A stretch of 64,000 bases of DNA from an uncultured delta proteobacterium (GCA_963789265.1 CAWBKB010000001.1:96001-160000), one strand, 5' to 3'; positions 31,973 through 41,436 are shown, counted from the first letter of the stretch. Notes: generated from the letters alone by a model not told the origin. Program-made: numbers and translations.

Positions 31973-33169
31973 GTGCAAAAGGTATCTACCGCAACCGTCG
32001 AGAAGCTTCCATACCGGTGGGTCATCCTGGGGCTGATGACCGCATCTTTCCTGTTTACCTTCATCGTCAGATTCTCTTGGCCGCCTCTCATCCCGGTAGT
32101 AGTCCCACTGTTGAAGATAAATATGGCTCAGGCTGGCGCTTATATGAGCGCCTTTTACTTCGGGTATATTATCACACAGATACCGGGAGGGTTGTTGGCT
32201 GATCGTTTTGGGCCGCGCCTGATTCTGACAGCCAGCCTCATCATCGAAGGCATCGCTACGTTTGGAATGGGGTACGTCAATACGTTCGATGTCGGTTTTG
32301 CGCTGCGGGTTGCGACCGGCTTGGGGGCCGGAGCGCTCTACGGGGCCTGTACCCGTAGTCTTTTTGAATGGTTCCCGCCGGAAGAAAGAGGCACAGCTTT
32401 CGGAATAATGCTGGCCGGTCCTTCGGGCGGCATTCTCGTGTCCAGCTTCATCATGCCTCCATTGAACGCGGCCTTCGGCTGGCAGGGTGCATTTCAAGCG
32501 GTCGGACTGCTGACCATCGTGGTGGGCATAATCGTTTTCCTGCTGGTGCGTTCTTCAGATCAGACCAAAAGCAGCGGGAGCATGTTCGGCGGTTTCAAGA
32601 TCGTGTTTGGCAATAAGGACATCATGCTCACGTCTCTGTCGTGTTTCTGCTTGATGTGGGTGGAGCTGGGAACTGCTACTTGGGCGTTTGCCCACATCAA
32701 ACATTTGGGGCTAGAACTCAAATTGGCCGGCACGGTAATGATGTTCTACGGCGTTGGAGGACTCCTTTCACCGGTGATATCCGGGATCGTTTCCGATCGC
32801 ATAGGGCACAGGAAATGGATCTACATTATCGCTCTTCTCTTCATTGCGCCCATGACAATTGTTTTTGGCGCTCAAACGGATGTCAAAATGTTGTGCATTG
32901 TAGGATTTCTGTTCGGCTTTTGTTCATATTTCGCCAATCCTCATGTGAGCATCATGATTTCCGAATTCGCAGGGAAACAGTTCGCTGGACTAGCCAATGG
33001 AAGCTCCAACGTTATCTTCCAGACTGCATCCATGATCGGACCCTTTGTCATGGGGTGGGGGATAGATCTCACCGGCCATTTTTCCACAGTCTGGTGGATC
33101 ATGGCAGCCGGCCCGTTGGTGGGGATCCTCATCATGTTGCCGGTGAATCCCGAAAACAAGGGAGACTAA
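31973..33169 (+). CDS. MFS transporter
   Basis: Multiple hydrophobic helices; GLLADRFGPR, WFPPEERGTA, GIVSDRIGHRK. Confidence 0.92.
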   Translation: MQKVSTATVEKLPYRWVILGLMTASFLFTFIVRFSWPPLIPVVVPLLKINMAQAGAYMSAFYFGYIITQIPGGLLADRFGPRLILTASLIIEGIATFGMGYVNTFDVGFALRVATGLGAGALYGACTRSLFEWFPPEERGTAFGIMLAGPSGGILVSSFIMPPLNAAFGWQGAFQAVGLLTIVVGIIVFLLVRSSDQTKSSGSMFGGFKIVFGNKDIMLTSLSCFCLMWVELGTATWAFAHIKHLGLELKLAGTVMMFYGVGGLLSPVISGIVSDRIGHRKWIYIIALLFIAPMTIVFGAQTDVKMLCIVGFLFGFCSYFANPHVSIMISEFAGKQFAGLANGSSNVIFQTASMIGPFVMGWGIDLTGHFSTVWWIMAAGPLVGILIMLPVNPENKGD

Positions 33170-33540
33170 GCCAACCAACATACAGCGGAGGTCTCCGATA
33201 TTATGTCCGACTGTATAACAATGCGTCTCCGAACAGTCGTTATCCGGGCAAGAATTTAATGCCCCAAGAGATCTCCGGCGGCTACTGCGTTAAGCGCATC
33301 TATTCTTGCCTCGGCTCTCTGAAAGAGTGAGGACATCGTGATTTGTTTTACGAATACCGACTGGTGACCTAGGGAACGGGGGTAGGGCGGCAAGAAGAAT
33401 TCTAGAACTACATGATCAACAAGGGCAATTGCCCCCGTTTTCCTTGACAATGGGCTTTCACAAGATCTAATATGCCGTCATATGTCGCGATATCACGCCG
33501 TCTTTTTCGTAACCTATTGAATTGATTAGCATACGAAAAT

Positions 33541-33678
33541 GCCTGTCACGCCGGAGGTCGCGAGTTCGAGTCTCGTCGCTCCCGCCACTTAACCGCCTGT
33601 AATCACAGGGAAGCCTAGACAAACAGGCTTCCCTGCTTTCGTTTATTGGGATGATTCAGGGCTCCCAAAGGGCTCCCA
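33541..33678 (+). mobile_element. att-like site 2: tRNA-Asp(GTC) 3' half (33541-33587) plus the same hairpin and direct repeats as site 1
   Basis: 47-bp core differs from 12317-12363 at one base; downstream ~90 bp similar; no tRNA 5' half. Confidence 0.85.
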
Positions 33679-33890
33679 CAAGAAAATAAACACGCGTTCG
33701 CGAGGCACCCTTTGAAAACGTTGCCAAAATTGGAAGACTGAACTCTCGGGAGAACCTTATATGTGGGGTCGGACTCAGGCACTCTCGTTCGAAGGCAGTG
33801 CAGGATAATGTCTGAAAGTTTGAAACGTAAACGTTGCACCGTGACCGTAAGGAATTTCTGAGCATTGCTTTTTGAAGAATCTCCACGAAG

Positions 33891-35615
33891 ATGTTGAAGA
33901 ACTCGGAGTCCTTTAAATTGAATCATATCCAGCAACCCGCGGTGCTAACTATGGCGACGGTTGAAGCTGTCCTAGATCAGCTTTTCGACAAGGGAGTTTT
34001 ATTCCACCTTGATGATGAAGGCCTCACCAGACATTTGGCAGCGAGCTTTTTTGGGAGAAATGTGTGGCATTTGCCATTGGAAGAGATCCGCGAATTAATC
34101 TTCAACTTGGACGGCTGCCCTCCCAATATTCCTTCTGATATGCAGAAATTTCCTGAATGGGTCCGAAAAGAATTATTCCTTTTTGAGTGGCTTCCAAGAA
34201 AATCCCTGGCAGAGCTTTACGACTGGGCATCAAAGGATTTGCGAGATATTGAAAACAATATTGCCAATTGCAACCGCGCTATTCATGAATTAGAGCATCG
34301 TGAGTCCAAAGCGGATGCGGACGATTACGAAGTCAGATTCCATAAATATTTTCTGGAATTGAACAAGACGGCAAAGGACGAAATAGTTGATGTCTTGGCA
34401 CATAGCATCCATGAAAAAGCGCTCCGAAATTCCTATTGGGCGGATCGAATTTACAAAGCGCTAGTCAACTTTGCCGTCTGGACGTTCCACTTAAACCCAC
34501 CGATGTTCGACCCCGCCGCCTTCTCCACTATCAGACATAACTTTCGTGATTTGGCGATCCCGGAATGGCGTGAAATGGAGCGACTGTACAAAGAACCGGA
34601 TAAGACGGAATTTGATCAACGCCTCGAAACGTATATTTCGGAAATAAGACCAGCAGACCAGATTCGGTGTTTGATTGACGAGCACCATCTGCTCGCTGCA
34701 CGCAAAACTATTCTCCAACAAATGCTGGGGGCTTACGAGCGAAAGGAATTTGCGTTATTCATGAATGCCGCGGCTACACAGGTCGAGGGAATCATTGAAG
34801 ACTGTTGCCTGCTCTCGGGGTTATCTCTTGATAAACTCCGAAAGAGCGGCAGCATCAGCAGCAAGGTTTACGAGCTCGTCAATGATCCAAGTGTTCGGAT
34901 TGATAATGTCTATTATGCCTTCAAGTTTCCTGTGGTAAGAAACCGAGTTGCCCATGGTCAAACGGTCCCGACGGAAATGCGTGATACTCATTTGCTGTTA
35001 CTGGACCTATATGATTGTTGCAGGATGGTGTGCGAACACCCTGGTACCACGAATGCCTTAGTGAAGTTGCTGCGGCGAGCGACACCTGGCAAAGCAACTA
35101 TTGCTGATGTAGTTGAGTTCGCAACCATTTATGCAGAAACCAATGGAGAGTCTCCGAATCAGTTCTATGGCCTAGATGAGGAATTTACAGAATTCACCTT
35201 GCTTTTGGACGATCAAGTCCTGTGGAGTTTTATGCAGGCATTACTTAATGGTCGCCAGTTTGACGAAATTGACAATGGATTACGTTTGATCGGAAGGAAA
35301 CTTAAGAAGATTATCCATACTCGAAGCACCTCGTGTGTTCGTTTGCTCGCAGGATTGGGTGAGAGGGGTAAAGGTAAATTTAGGTGTGATCGGTTCATGA
35401 CCGCTGTCCGTAGCTGGCAAGGTCACGATCATTTGGTGAAAAACCTCGATGAACTTCGTCGTTTATTTGTCCGTTTGCTTCAGGCACGTGAGAAGTGGCT
35501 GAGGACTTCCGAAATCGCTTATGCCCGGTGGGAGGAACGAGGTCGCACTCACGGGCGAGATTGGGAGGACTGGTTCGCTGCAGAAAAGAAGCTTGGGGTC
35601 GGTAACAAGAGGTAG
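33891..35615 (+). CDS. Hypothetical protein with HEPN-like RxxxxH motif and C-terminal DUF2934-like segment (start may be 33951)
   Basis: 574-aa ORF, AT-richer than neighbours; RNRVAHG; C-terminal EIAYARWEERGRTHGRDWEDWFAAE. Confidence 0.6.
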   Translation: MLKNSESFKLNHIQQPAVLTMATVEAVLDQLFDKGVLFHLDDEGLTRHLAASFFGRNVWHLPLEEIRELIFNLDGCPPNIPSDMQKFPEWVRKELFLFEWLPRKSLAELYDWASKDLRDIENNIANCNRAIHELEHRESKADADDYEVRFHKYFLELNKTAKDEIVDVLAHSIHEKALRNSYWADRIYKALVNFAVWTFHLNPPMFDPAAFSTIRHNFRDLAIPEWREMERLYKEPDKTEFDQRLETYISEIRPADQIRCLIDEHHLLAARKTILQQMLGAYERKEFALFMNAAATQVEGIIEDCCLLSGLSLDKLRKSGSISSKVYELVNDPSVRIDNVYYAFKFPVVRNRVAHGQTVPTEMRDTHLLLLDLYDCCRMVCEHPGTTNALVKLLRRATPGKATIADVVEFATIYAETNGESPNQFYGLDEEFTEFTLLLDDQVLWSFMQALLNGRQFDEIDNGLRLIGRKLKKIIHTRSTSCVRLLAGLGERGKGKFRCDRFMTAVRSWQGHDHLVKNLDELRRLFVRLLQAREKWLRTSEIAYARWEERGRTHGRDWEDWFAAEKKLGVGNKR

Positions 35616-35823
35616 AATTTGGCTATACCCACCCTGATCACGGACAATTCGACGGAGCGGCGCACCCGTGTGCTCTCGCCCGATCACAGACCTCTTCGAT
35701 AACAGCAGTTAGCCATTGTATACTGCATCGCATTGCGCTTAGGGATTGAAAGGCTTCACAAAACCAATGCAATCGTCTCTTGTGTTGAATTCTTCAATCT
35801 TCCTGTCATCGAAGGAGAACCCT

Positions 35824-35887
35824 TCAATTTCTCCCCCCAAATCTGCGTCTATGATCGTCACTTACACGGTTTTCACGTCCTTTTTCC
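35824..35887 (-). pseudogene. Tyrosine-integrase tail, copy 3 (short, degenerate)
   Basis: tcaatttctccccccaaatctgcgtc...ttttcacgtcctttttcc aligns with the other tails. Confidence 0.55.
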
Positions 35888-36035
35888 AGTAACCCAACGG
35901 CGGAGTTCAAGAATTGGGGCATCGGTTGTGGGCATGAGCGTGCCAATACAGAGTTCACGAACTGTGCTATAGTGGAAATTCGCAGGGAATCAGTGGGGAA
36001 CTTTGTTTTTGGAGTTAAAAGGAGGATTTGGTTCC

Positions 36036-36398
36036 ATGCCCCAAAATGCAGATACTGGGCGGCGGGGTCTTGAGAATGGTTACCGCAGAGCTGACGAAAT
36101 AGGTGCTTTGCTGGGAGCAGTTCGAATTAACCGGAGCAGTAACGAATTTCGCTGGGAAAACCGGATTGTCCTGATTAAGACCGGACCGTCCATTGTAGCG
36201 ATTCGTGATACACTACGCCGTGTTACTGCCATTATTTGCGGCAAAGAGACGCGTAACGGGTGGGAGCTATACGAGATGGATCCGACTACTTTCGAGCAGT
36301 TATCTGTGCAGTCGCAGAGCAGCGGACATAACGAGAATTACCGGCTTGTTCGACAGGGGCAAATCAGAGACCACGGCAGAAGAATCGCTGTGGCCTGA
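36036..36398 (+). CDS. Hypothetical protein
   Basis: AAGGAGG RBS, 120-aa ORF abutting the next gene. Confidence 0.6.
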   Translation: MPQNADTGRRGLENGYRRADEIGALLGAVRINRSSNEFRWENRIVLIKTGPSIVAIRDTLRRVTAIICGKETRNGWELYEMDPTTFEQLSVQSQSSGHNENYRLVRQGQIRDHGRRIAVA

Positions 36399-37738
36399 GT
36401 GCACCCAGATGTTAAGGATATGGTGAGCAACGCAAAGCGGATCTCCGGAGAAGATGGAGTTGGCGAAACGCTCCTGACCGTGGACTTTGAAACTTTCGCA
36501 GCGCATCTATTCGAAAGCGGCTTGTGCCTGGAGTATCAAAACAGAGGCCTCGATAATTCGTTGAGATCATCGGGAGTGGTCATATGTTTAACCCTGTATC
36601 TGATTTCGGAGCCGAATTGCGTCAAGGACGAGTCCTTTGCCTGATGCCTATTGAGCGCATTCGTTTCGATGAACAGCTTGAAGGGCCAAACGGCGCAATG
36701 TTCTATCCCGCGGAAACCATCGATTTCCGCACGCTTCGAGTGGTATCAGACCCAGATAGGGAGCTGGAGGATTTCCGGCATCGACAAAACCCGTGGGACG
36801 AAGACGATATTACATCGGGCATTTCAGGGTTAAATGCAACGGTGTTGCAATCTTGTCCTCTAATTGCTCGGCCGATCGACCTGAACTGGTCATCCTTTCT
36901 GAGCATGCACCCTGCTGAACACAAGGACCTTCTGCCAGGGTTAGTGGGCAACTTCGAAGAATCGATGGACCTCGTGCGGTATCATGGCGCACGGCTCGAT
37001 CTTCCTGAAACTCTCCCAGGTCGCGTGGGCCTCATCTCACTGCCCGAGTGGTTCTCGGCTGCTCTACTCTACAATCTGCAAGACCACGAGAGCTATATTT
37101 TGGGCGGACGTCATTTCATAACCGCCGTAATCACAGGAGTTGGGCTAGAGTTGGAAGACTGGGCACCCTATCCAGTCTTGAACTGTGGGGAAGTAGGGAA
37201 TATTGTCAGGTGCGCTTTGTCACTTTACACTCGAGCGCTTGAAGGCAGCGACAATACCGTCAAGTTCATCCAGATAATGTCGCTCCTTGAATTCCTCGCC
37301 ACACCTGGAGAATACAGGGGCTCCGATGCCACCCGGCAAGCAGTCGGTTTACACGTTGCGAATACTAAGCGAGAATATCATCAACTGAGTGAAAGACTCA
37401 GAAATCTTCAAGGAGCGAAATCGCCCGAGGGGCGCCACGTAGGATACCGCACACGGGTGGTGCATTGTGGCGAAAGTGTCGAGAATGTCCTGGCTCCTGG
37501 AGAGAGTTTGGGGGCCTTGTTTGGTGAACTAGACCGCTATATTCATATAATCATAGACTTGTTAATCTCGAAAGCAAACGACCCATGGGCAAAAGTGGTG
37601 GAGTGGAGGGATGACCGTAAGAGAAACCCTCGGTTTGTGACAGTGAACACTGAGGCGGGTTGGCGCTCACGCTCAGGCATATGCCCCCACGCCCAAAGGC
37701 CTTATTATCTTTATCCCCAAATCTCCGTCTTCCCGTGA
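36399..37738 (+). CDS. Apea-like HEPN-domain protein; apparent frameshift near 36600, true end possibly near 37640
   Basis: ALSLYTRAL, KFIQIMSLLEFL, YRTRVVHCG (RxxxxH); ORFs 36399-36644 and 36584-37738 overlap. Confidence 0.55.
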
Positions 37739-37912
37739 TCAAAAGTCAGCCGGTCAATTTCTCGCACCAAGTCTTCGTCGTTGATTGTGAGATACAGGCT
37801 TTTCACGTCCTTTTTCCTATCTCCATCGCCTGCAATCGCATCGGCTATAAGCGGATGCAGGCCGCTTCTCATGGCGTTGGTCTTCCAGCAATGTCGGAGA
37901 TCATGGAATCCC
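37705..37912 (-). pseudogene. Tyrosine-integrase C-terminal tail, copy 4
   Basis: GFHDLRHCWKTNAMRSGLHPLIADAIAGDGDRKKDVKSLYLTINDEDLVREIDRLTFDHGKTEIWG*. Confidence 0.9.
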
Positions 37913-38113
37913 GAAGTTCCGAGTTCCGGGGACACCTTTTGTAATTCTTCAAGGGGGAAGCTGCCACAAGTACGGAGTGGCACATAGCCCACGTCGGTGG
38001 TTGTTCCGGCCTATCCTCACGACATCACACGGAAAGACAATCTGTATCTCCTGCCCTATGGATACTGTATAATTATACTTAGGCGTTAAGGCCGCACGCA
38101 TAGGAGAGTCAAA

Positions 38114-38302
38114 ATGAATACAGCAAAGAGTGAAGTCGAATCTCTGCTACGGAGACTCCCGGATGACTGTACGTTGGAGGATGTCCAATACCACCTATAC
38201 GTGGTGGAAAAAATCCGTAGAGGGATTGAGTTAGCCGACACCCGAGGCACACTTACTCAAGAAGAAATTGAGAGGCGGCTGAACAAGTGGACTACGACGT
38301 AG
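38114..38302 (+). CDS. Putative antitoxin
   Basis: LPDDCTLEDVQYHLYVVEKIRRG; overlaps a ParE-like gene. Confidence 0.75.
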   Translation: MNTAKSEVESLLRRLPDDCTLEDVQYHLYVVEKIRRGIELADTRGTLTQEEIERRLNKWTTT

Positions 38303-38562
38303 CTTGGGCACCGGCGGCATTGGAGGATGTCGAGTCCCTGGCCGACTTCATAGCACGGGATTCCGAATTCTACGCCAGAGCCGTAGTAGAGAAGATACTT
38401 GATAGGCAAGAAAACCCAAAGACTTTCCGTCCGCCGGACGCATCGTGCCTGAGCTTGAGGATGAAACCGTCCGCGAGCGCTTTGTGTACAGCTACCGAGT
38501 GGAGGGCAATAGGATCGCGATCCTGGCAATCATTCATGGCAAACGGCTTGCTGATTTACTGA
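38287..38562 (+). pseudogene. RelE/ParE toxin, frameshifted and internally shortened
   Basis: WAPAALEDVESLADFIARDSEFYA; other frame GRIVPELEDETVRERFVYSYR..ILAIIHGKR. Confidence 0.7.
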
Positions 38563-38693
38563 GTGACAGAATCAAGTACTCGTGAACGTGGAGTTCGGGG
38601 TGAACTTCAGGGTACACCACTTGCACTGTTGACGAGCAATCCCTTCAGATCCCAGGGTGGCATATGGGACAATCTGCGCGCGTAGACTTGCTG

Positions 38694-38790
38694 CATGGTC
38701 TACAATCGCATCGGCTATGAGAGGATGCAGGCCGCTTCTCATCGCGTTGGTTTTTGCAACAATGCCGGAGATCGTGACTTCGAGGCTTAG
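38694..38790 (-). pseudogene. Tyrosine-integrase tail, copy 5 (box II segment only)
   Basis: PKPRSHDLRHCC / KTNAMRSGLHPLIADAIVDH. Confidence 0.8.
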
Positions 38791-38932
38791 GCACGTCTTC
38801 TTGCGGGTAAATCCGACGAACTCAGCGACCATCACAAGGAGAATCTTTAAAATCCGAAAACATTTCGGCCAAGTCTTGACTGCCTGAAAGTGGCGGATTA
38901 GCATCGGACTTGTTTGACAGGAGAAACCGCAA

Positions 38933-39163
38933 ATGGCCCCTGATTTTCACGACATTGAAGAACAAGCAAAGAGCCTTCCGCCTGAAGAAAGGGCTCGCCT
39001 GGCCGAGTCTCTCCTTGAATCGCTTCAGCAGGAAGGTATCGCTGAAGTCGAGGTTGCCTGGGCGCAGGAAATTGAGGCGCGAGTTGCAGCACTGCGCCGC
39101 GGCGAAGAAGAACTGATCGATGGCGAAACCGTCTTGGCCGAGCTGCGACAAATCGCTCGATGA
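38933..39163 (+). CDS. Addiction-module antitoxin (same family as 11745-11972)
   Basis: LPPEERARLAESLLESL...AWAQEIEARV. Confidence 0.8.
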   Translation: MAPDFHDIEEQAKSLPPEERARLAESLLESLQQEGIAEVEVAWAQEIEARVAALRRGEEELIDGETVLAELRQIAR

Positions 39164-39399
39164 AAACCATTCGGTTCTTGGCTGCATCTCGCCTTGAGTT
39201 GCTGGCCGAGGTTCTGCGCTATAATGAGATAGAGGCGGGTTTAGGCATCAAATTCGCCCACGCTTTTGAACGGGCTCTCGCGATAGCGGTCCAATTCCCG
39301 CTTGCCGGTTCCCCAGGCCCTGCGGCAACACGAAAGGTCATTCTCAAAGGCTTCCCATTTTCCGTGTACTACCTGGGAGGAGAGAGAATCGGATCGTAA
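39160..39399 (+). pseudogene. RelE/ParE toxin, 3'-truncated where it meets the convergent DUF89 gene
   Basis: GLGIKF, FPLAG, GFPFSVYY, then runs antisense into the next gene without the AVAH..YW C-terminus. Confidence 0.7.
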
Positions 39400-40253
39400 A
39401 TTTTGGTCTCAAAATAGTTGCTTATGGGCACACACTTGCTCATGAGCATGAACAGGATTTTGTCATGAAGATGAGTTTCTTCCCCGATAGAGTCGAAGTT
39501 TCCCACGCCCTTGGACAGTATCAGGTCGGCTTCTTCCGTAAGCTTCTTCATTTTGTCTGAACATCTGGCCGACACCGTACCCGGCAGAGGCCCGTTAATT
39601 CCGTTCTCTACAATCTCGGCGACTTTATCCATTTCGACAATGGTGGCTTCCTGCGCTGTGGCATCATTCAGGGTCGGGACGTTTCTCACTGCAAAGATGA
39701 CTTCCAGGTCGAAGATGCTCTTCACTGTCTCGATAAACAACCGGTCAAAAACTATTTCACCGGAATTGTCCCCGAGAATGAGTACAACACGGCTGCTTTG
39801 GAGCCTGCGCTCCAAATCCGCAAGGCTTTCGGAGAGGATCGGTTTGCGGAGTTGCTGCCGTATGAGCGGCTCAACCTCGATGGAACCTCCGGACCACATG
39901 ACATCGAGAGAATTTCCGATGATGGCAAGATGGGCAGCCGTGTACAGTCTGTCTTTCGATTCCTCGACCAACTCCTTGAGCCACGGATAAAGCTCCATAG
40001 CCCTTGCATTTTGCCTATCTTTCATGGCTTGAAAGGGATCGGAGGTGCCCAAAAACTGGGAGATCTTCACCAATGCGGTTTCGATGACATCTGGACTGGT
40101 CACATCCCACGCAGGGCCTCTTAGGCTCGGCAATTGCATTAACTCTGAAAGCAGTCCCTTGATTTGCGCTTCGTCAGAGGTCAGCTCTCTGATTGCTGAC
40201 AGAAGTGCCTTGTGGATGCATGAGATACAGTCCGGCTGTAGGAGCACGTTCAC
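39369..40253 (-). CDS. DUF89 / ARMT1-like damage-control phosphatase
   Basis: DCISC, DPFQAMK, IIGNSLD, GDNSGEIVFD, PTLNDAT, ILSKGVGNFD, KC. Confidence 0.85.
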   Translation of the reverse strand: MNVLLQPDCISCIHKALLSAIRELTSDEAQIKGLLSELMQLPSLRGPAWDVTSPDVIETALVKISQFLGTSDPFQAMKDRQNARAMELYPWLKELVEESKDRLYTAAHLAIIGNSLDVMWSGGSIEVEPLIRQQLRKPILSESLADLERRLQSSRVVLILGDNSGEIVFDRLFIETVKSIFDLEVIFAVRNVPTLNDATAQEATIVEMDKVAEIVENGINGPLPGTVSARCSDKMKKLTEEADLILSKGVGNFDSIGEETHLHDKILFMLMSKCVPISNYFETKIYDPILSPPR

Positions 40254-40582
40254 CTCTTACAAGTTCAACGCAACATGGGTGCGAAACGTCTGAAGCATCC
40301 TCTCCAAGCCCAATCAGCGGTCGAAAAGTCCACGAGAGCTCCGCATACGGCTGCCACTTTCTTAAAATCGCCTTTATGCTTGGAGCAGAAACTCACGTAT
40401 TTCTCGCGCGGTATCGAGACTTGTGCTCAACTCTCTCTCCCAATTATTTTCACAGTTTCGTCGCTGGGACTACCCGTGTCAAGCCATTGGGTTAACGGAG
40501 CAATCTTCTGCAATGACGTGGACACGGTGAATATTGGCACCCACACTCGCAGCATGGTCGCCCCTGCGAGAAATGAACCTCA

Positions 40583-40718
40583 TCACTTTTGTCCCCAAAT
40601 TTCCGTCCTCCCGTGGTCAAAGGTCAGTCGGTCAATTTCTCCCACCAGGTCCGCATAGTTGATCGCAAGATACAAGCTTTTCACATCCTTCTTCCTACCT
40701 CCATGCCCTTCAATCGCG
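40583..40718 (-). pseudogene. Tyrosine-integrase C-terminal tail, copy 6
   Basis: AIEGHGGRKKDVKSLYLAINYADLVGEIDRLTFDHGRTEIWGQK*. Confidence 0.85.
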
Positions 40719-40869
40719 GCTACCGATCCGACAAAGTGTTATGCGTAGATCGCCTTCTGGTTTGAGACGCTTACAGTTGAACAGCCGTTCTCAACCTGTG
40801 CTTGACTAATTAACTCAAGTGTGATTGCCTTCCAATGAAGAAAACCTCCTAACTAAGAAGAGATCTAGC

Positions 40870-41331
40870 GTGAAACACGAGAAAAACCGTGAATTGCCGG
40901 AACACGAATTTGATGCTTTTAGAAGAGTCTGCAAAGATCGAGGAATCAAGTTTACCCCGCAGCGATTCGAGATCTTTCTCGAAGTAATGAAAGCCGGCGA
41001 TCATCCATCTGCCGAGGACATTTACAGGAGGGTAAGGGATCGCCTCCCGTCCATCTCTCTTGATACTATTTATAGGACCCTTACTACGCTCGAAAGCTAC
41101 GGACTCATCGGACGAGTCCAGGTTGTTGACAAAACACGGTTCGATCCAAACCTCAAAATTCACCACCATCTGATCTGCACTGTGTGCAAAAGTCTCACAG
41201 ATTTTTATTGGCCTGATTTCGACGATCTGAAGCCTCCGCCTGGAATAGAGAAGTGGGGGCATCCTGAAGCAAAGCATGTGCAAATCGTGGGGATATGTTC
41301 CAAGTGTGCCCAAAAAAGACGTAAGCGATAA
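40870..41331 (+). CDS. Fur-family regulator (PerR-like by context)
   Basis: TPQR, HPSAEDIY, SLDTIYRTL, HHHLICTVC, C-terminal CSKC; precedes katG. Confidence 0.88.
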   Translation: MKHEKNRELPEHEFDAFRRVCKDRGIKFTPQRFEIFLEVMKAGDHPSAEDIYRRVRDRLPSISLDTIYRTLTTLESYGLIGRVQVVDKTRFDPNLKIHHHLICTVCKSLTDFYWPDFDDLKPPPGIEKWGHPEAKHVQIVGICSKCAQKRRKR

Positions 41332-41436
41332 TTTGTTCCAGAAATCTGTTGGGAATGGGTCTAATTTGCACCAGTTAGTTATCCCAATAATTTAATTACG
41401 CTTTTAATTTACTCGCCAGAGGCGCCGAGATAGTGC

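Noticed and set aside
35600..35714. Possible integron attC (TAAC...GTTAGCC) after the HEPN-like gene
   Set aside because: The two ends are poorly complementary, no internal palindrome was seen, and there are no further attC-like sites or IntI gene
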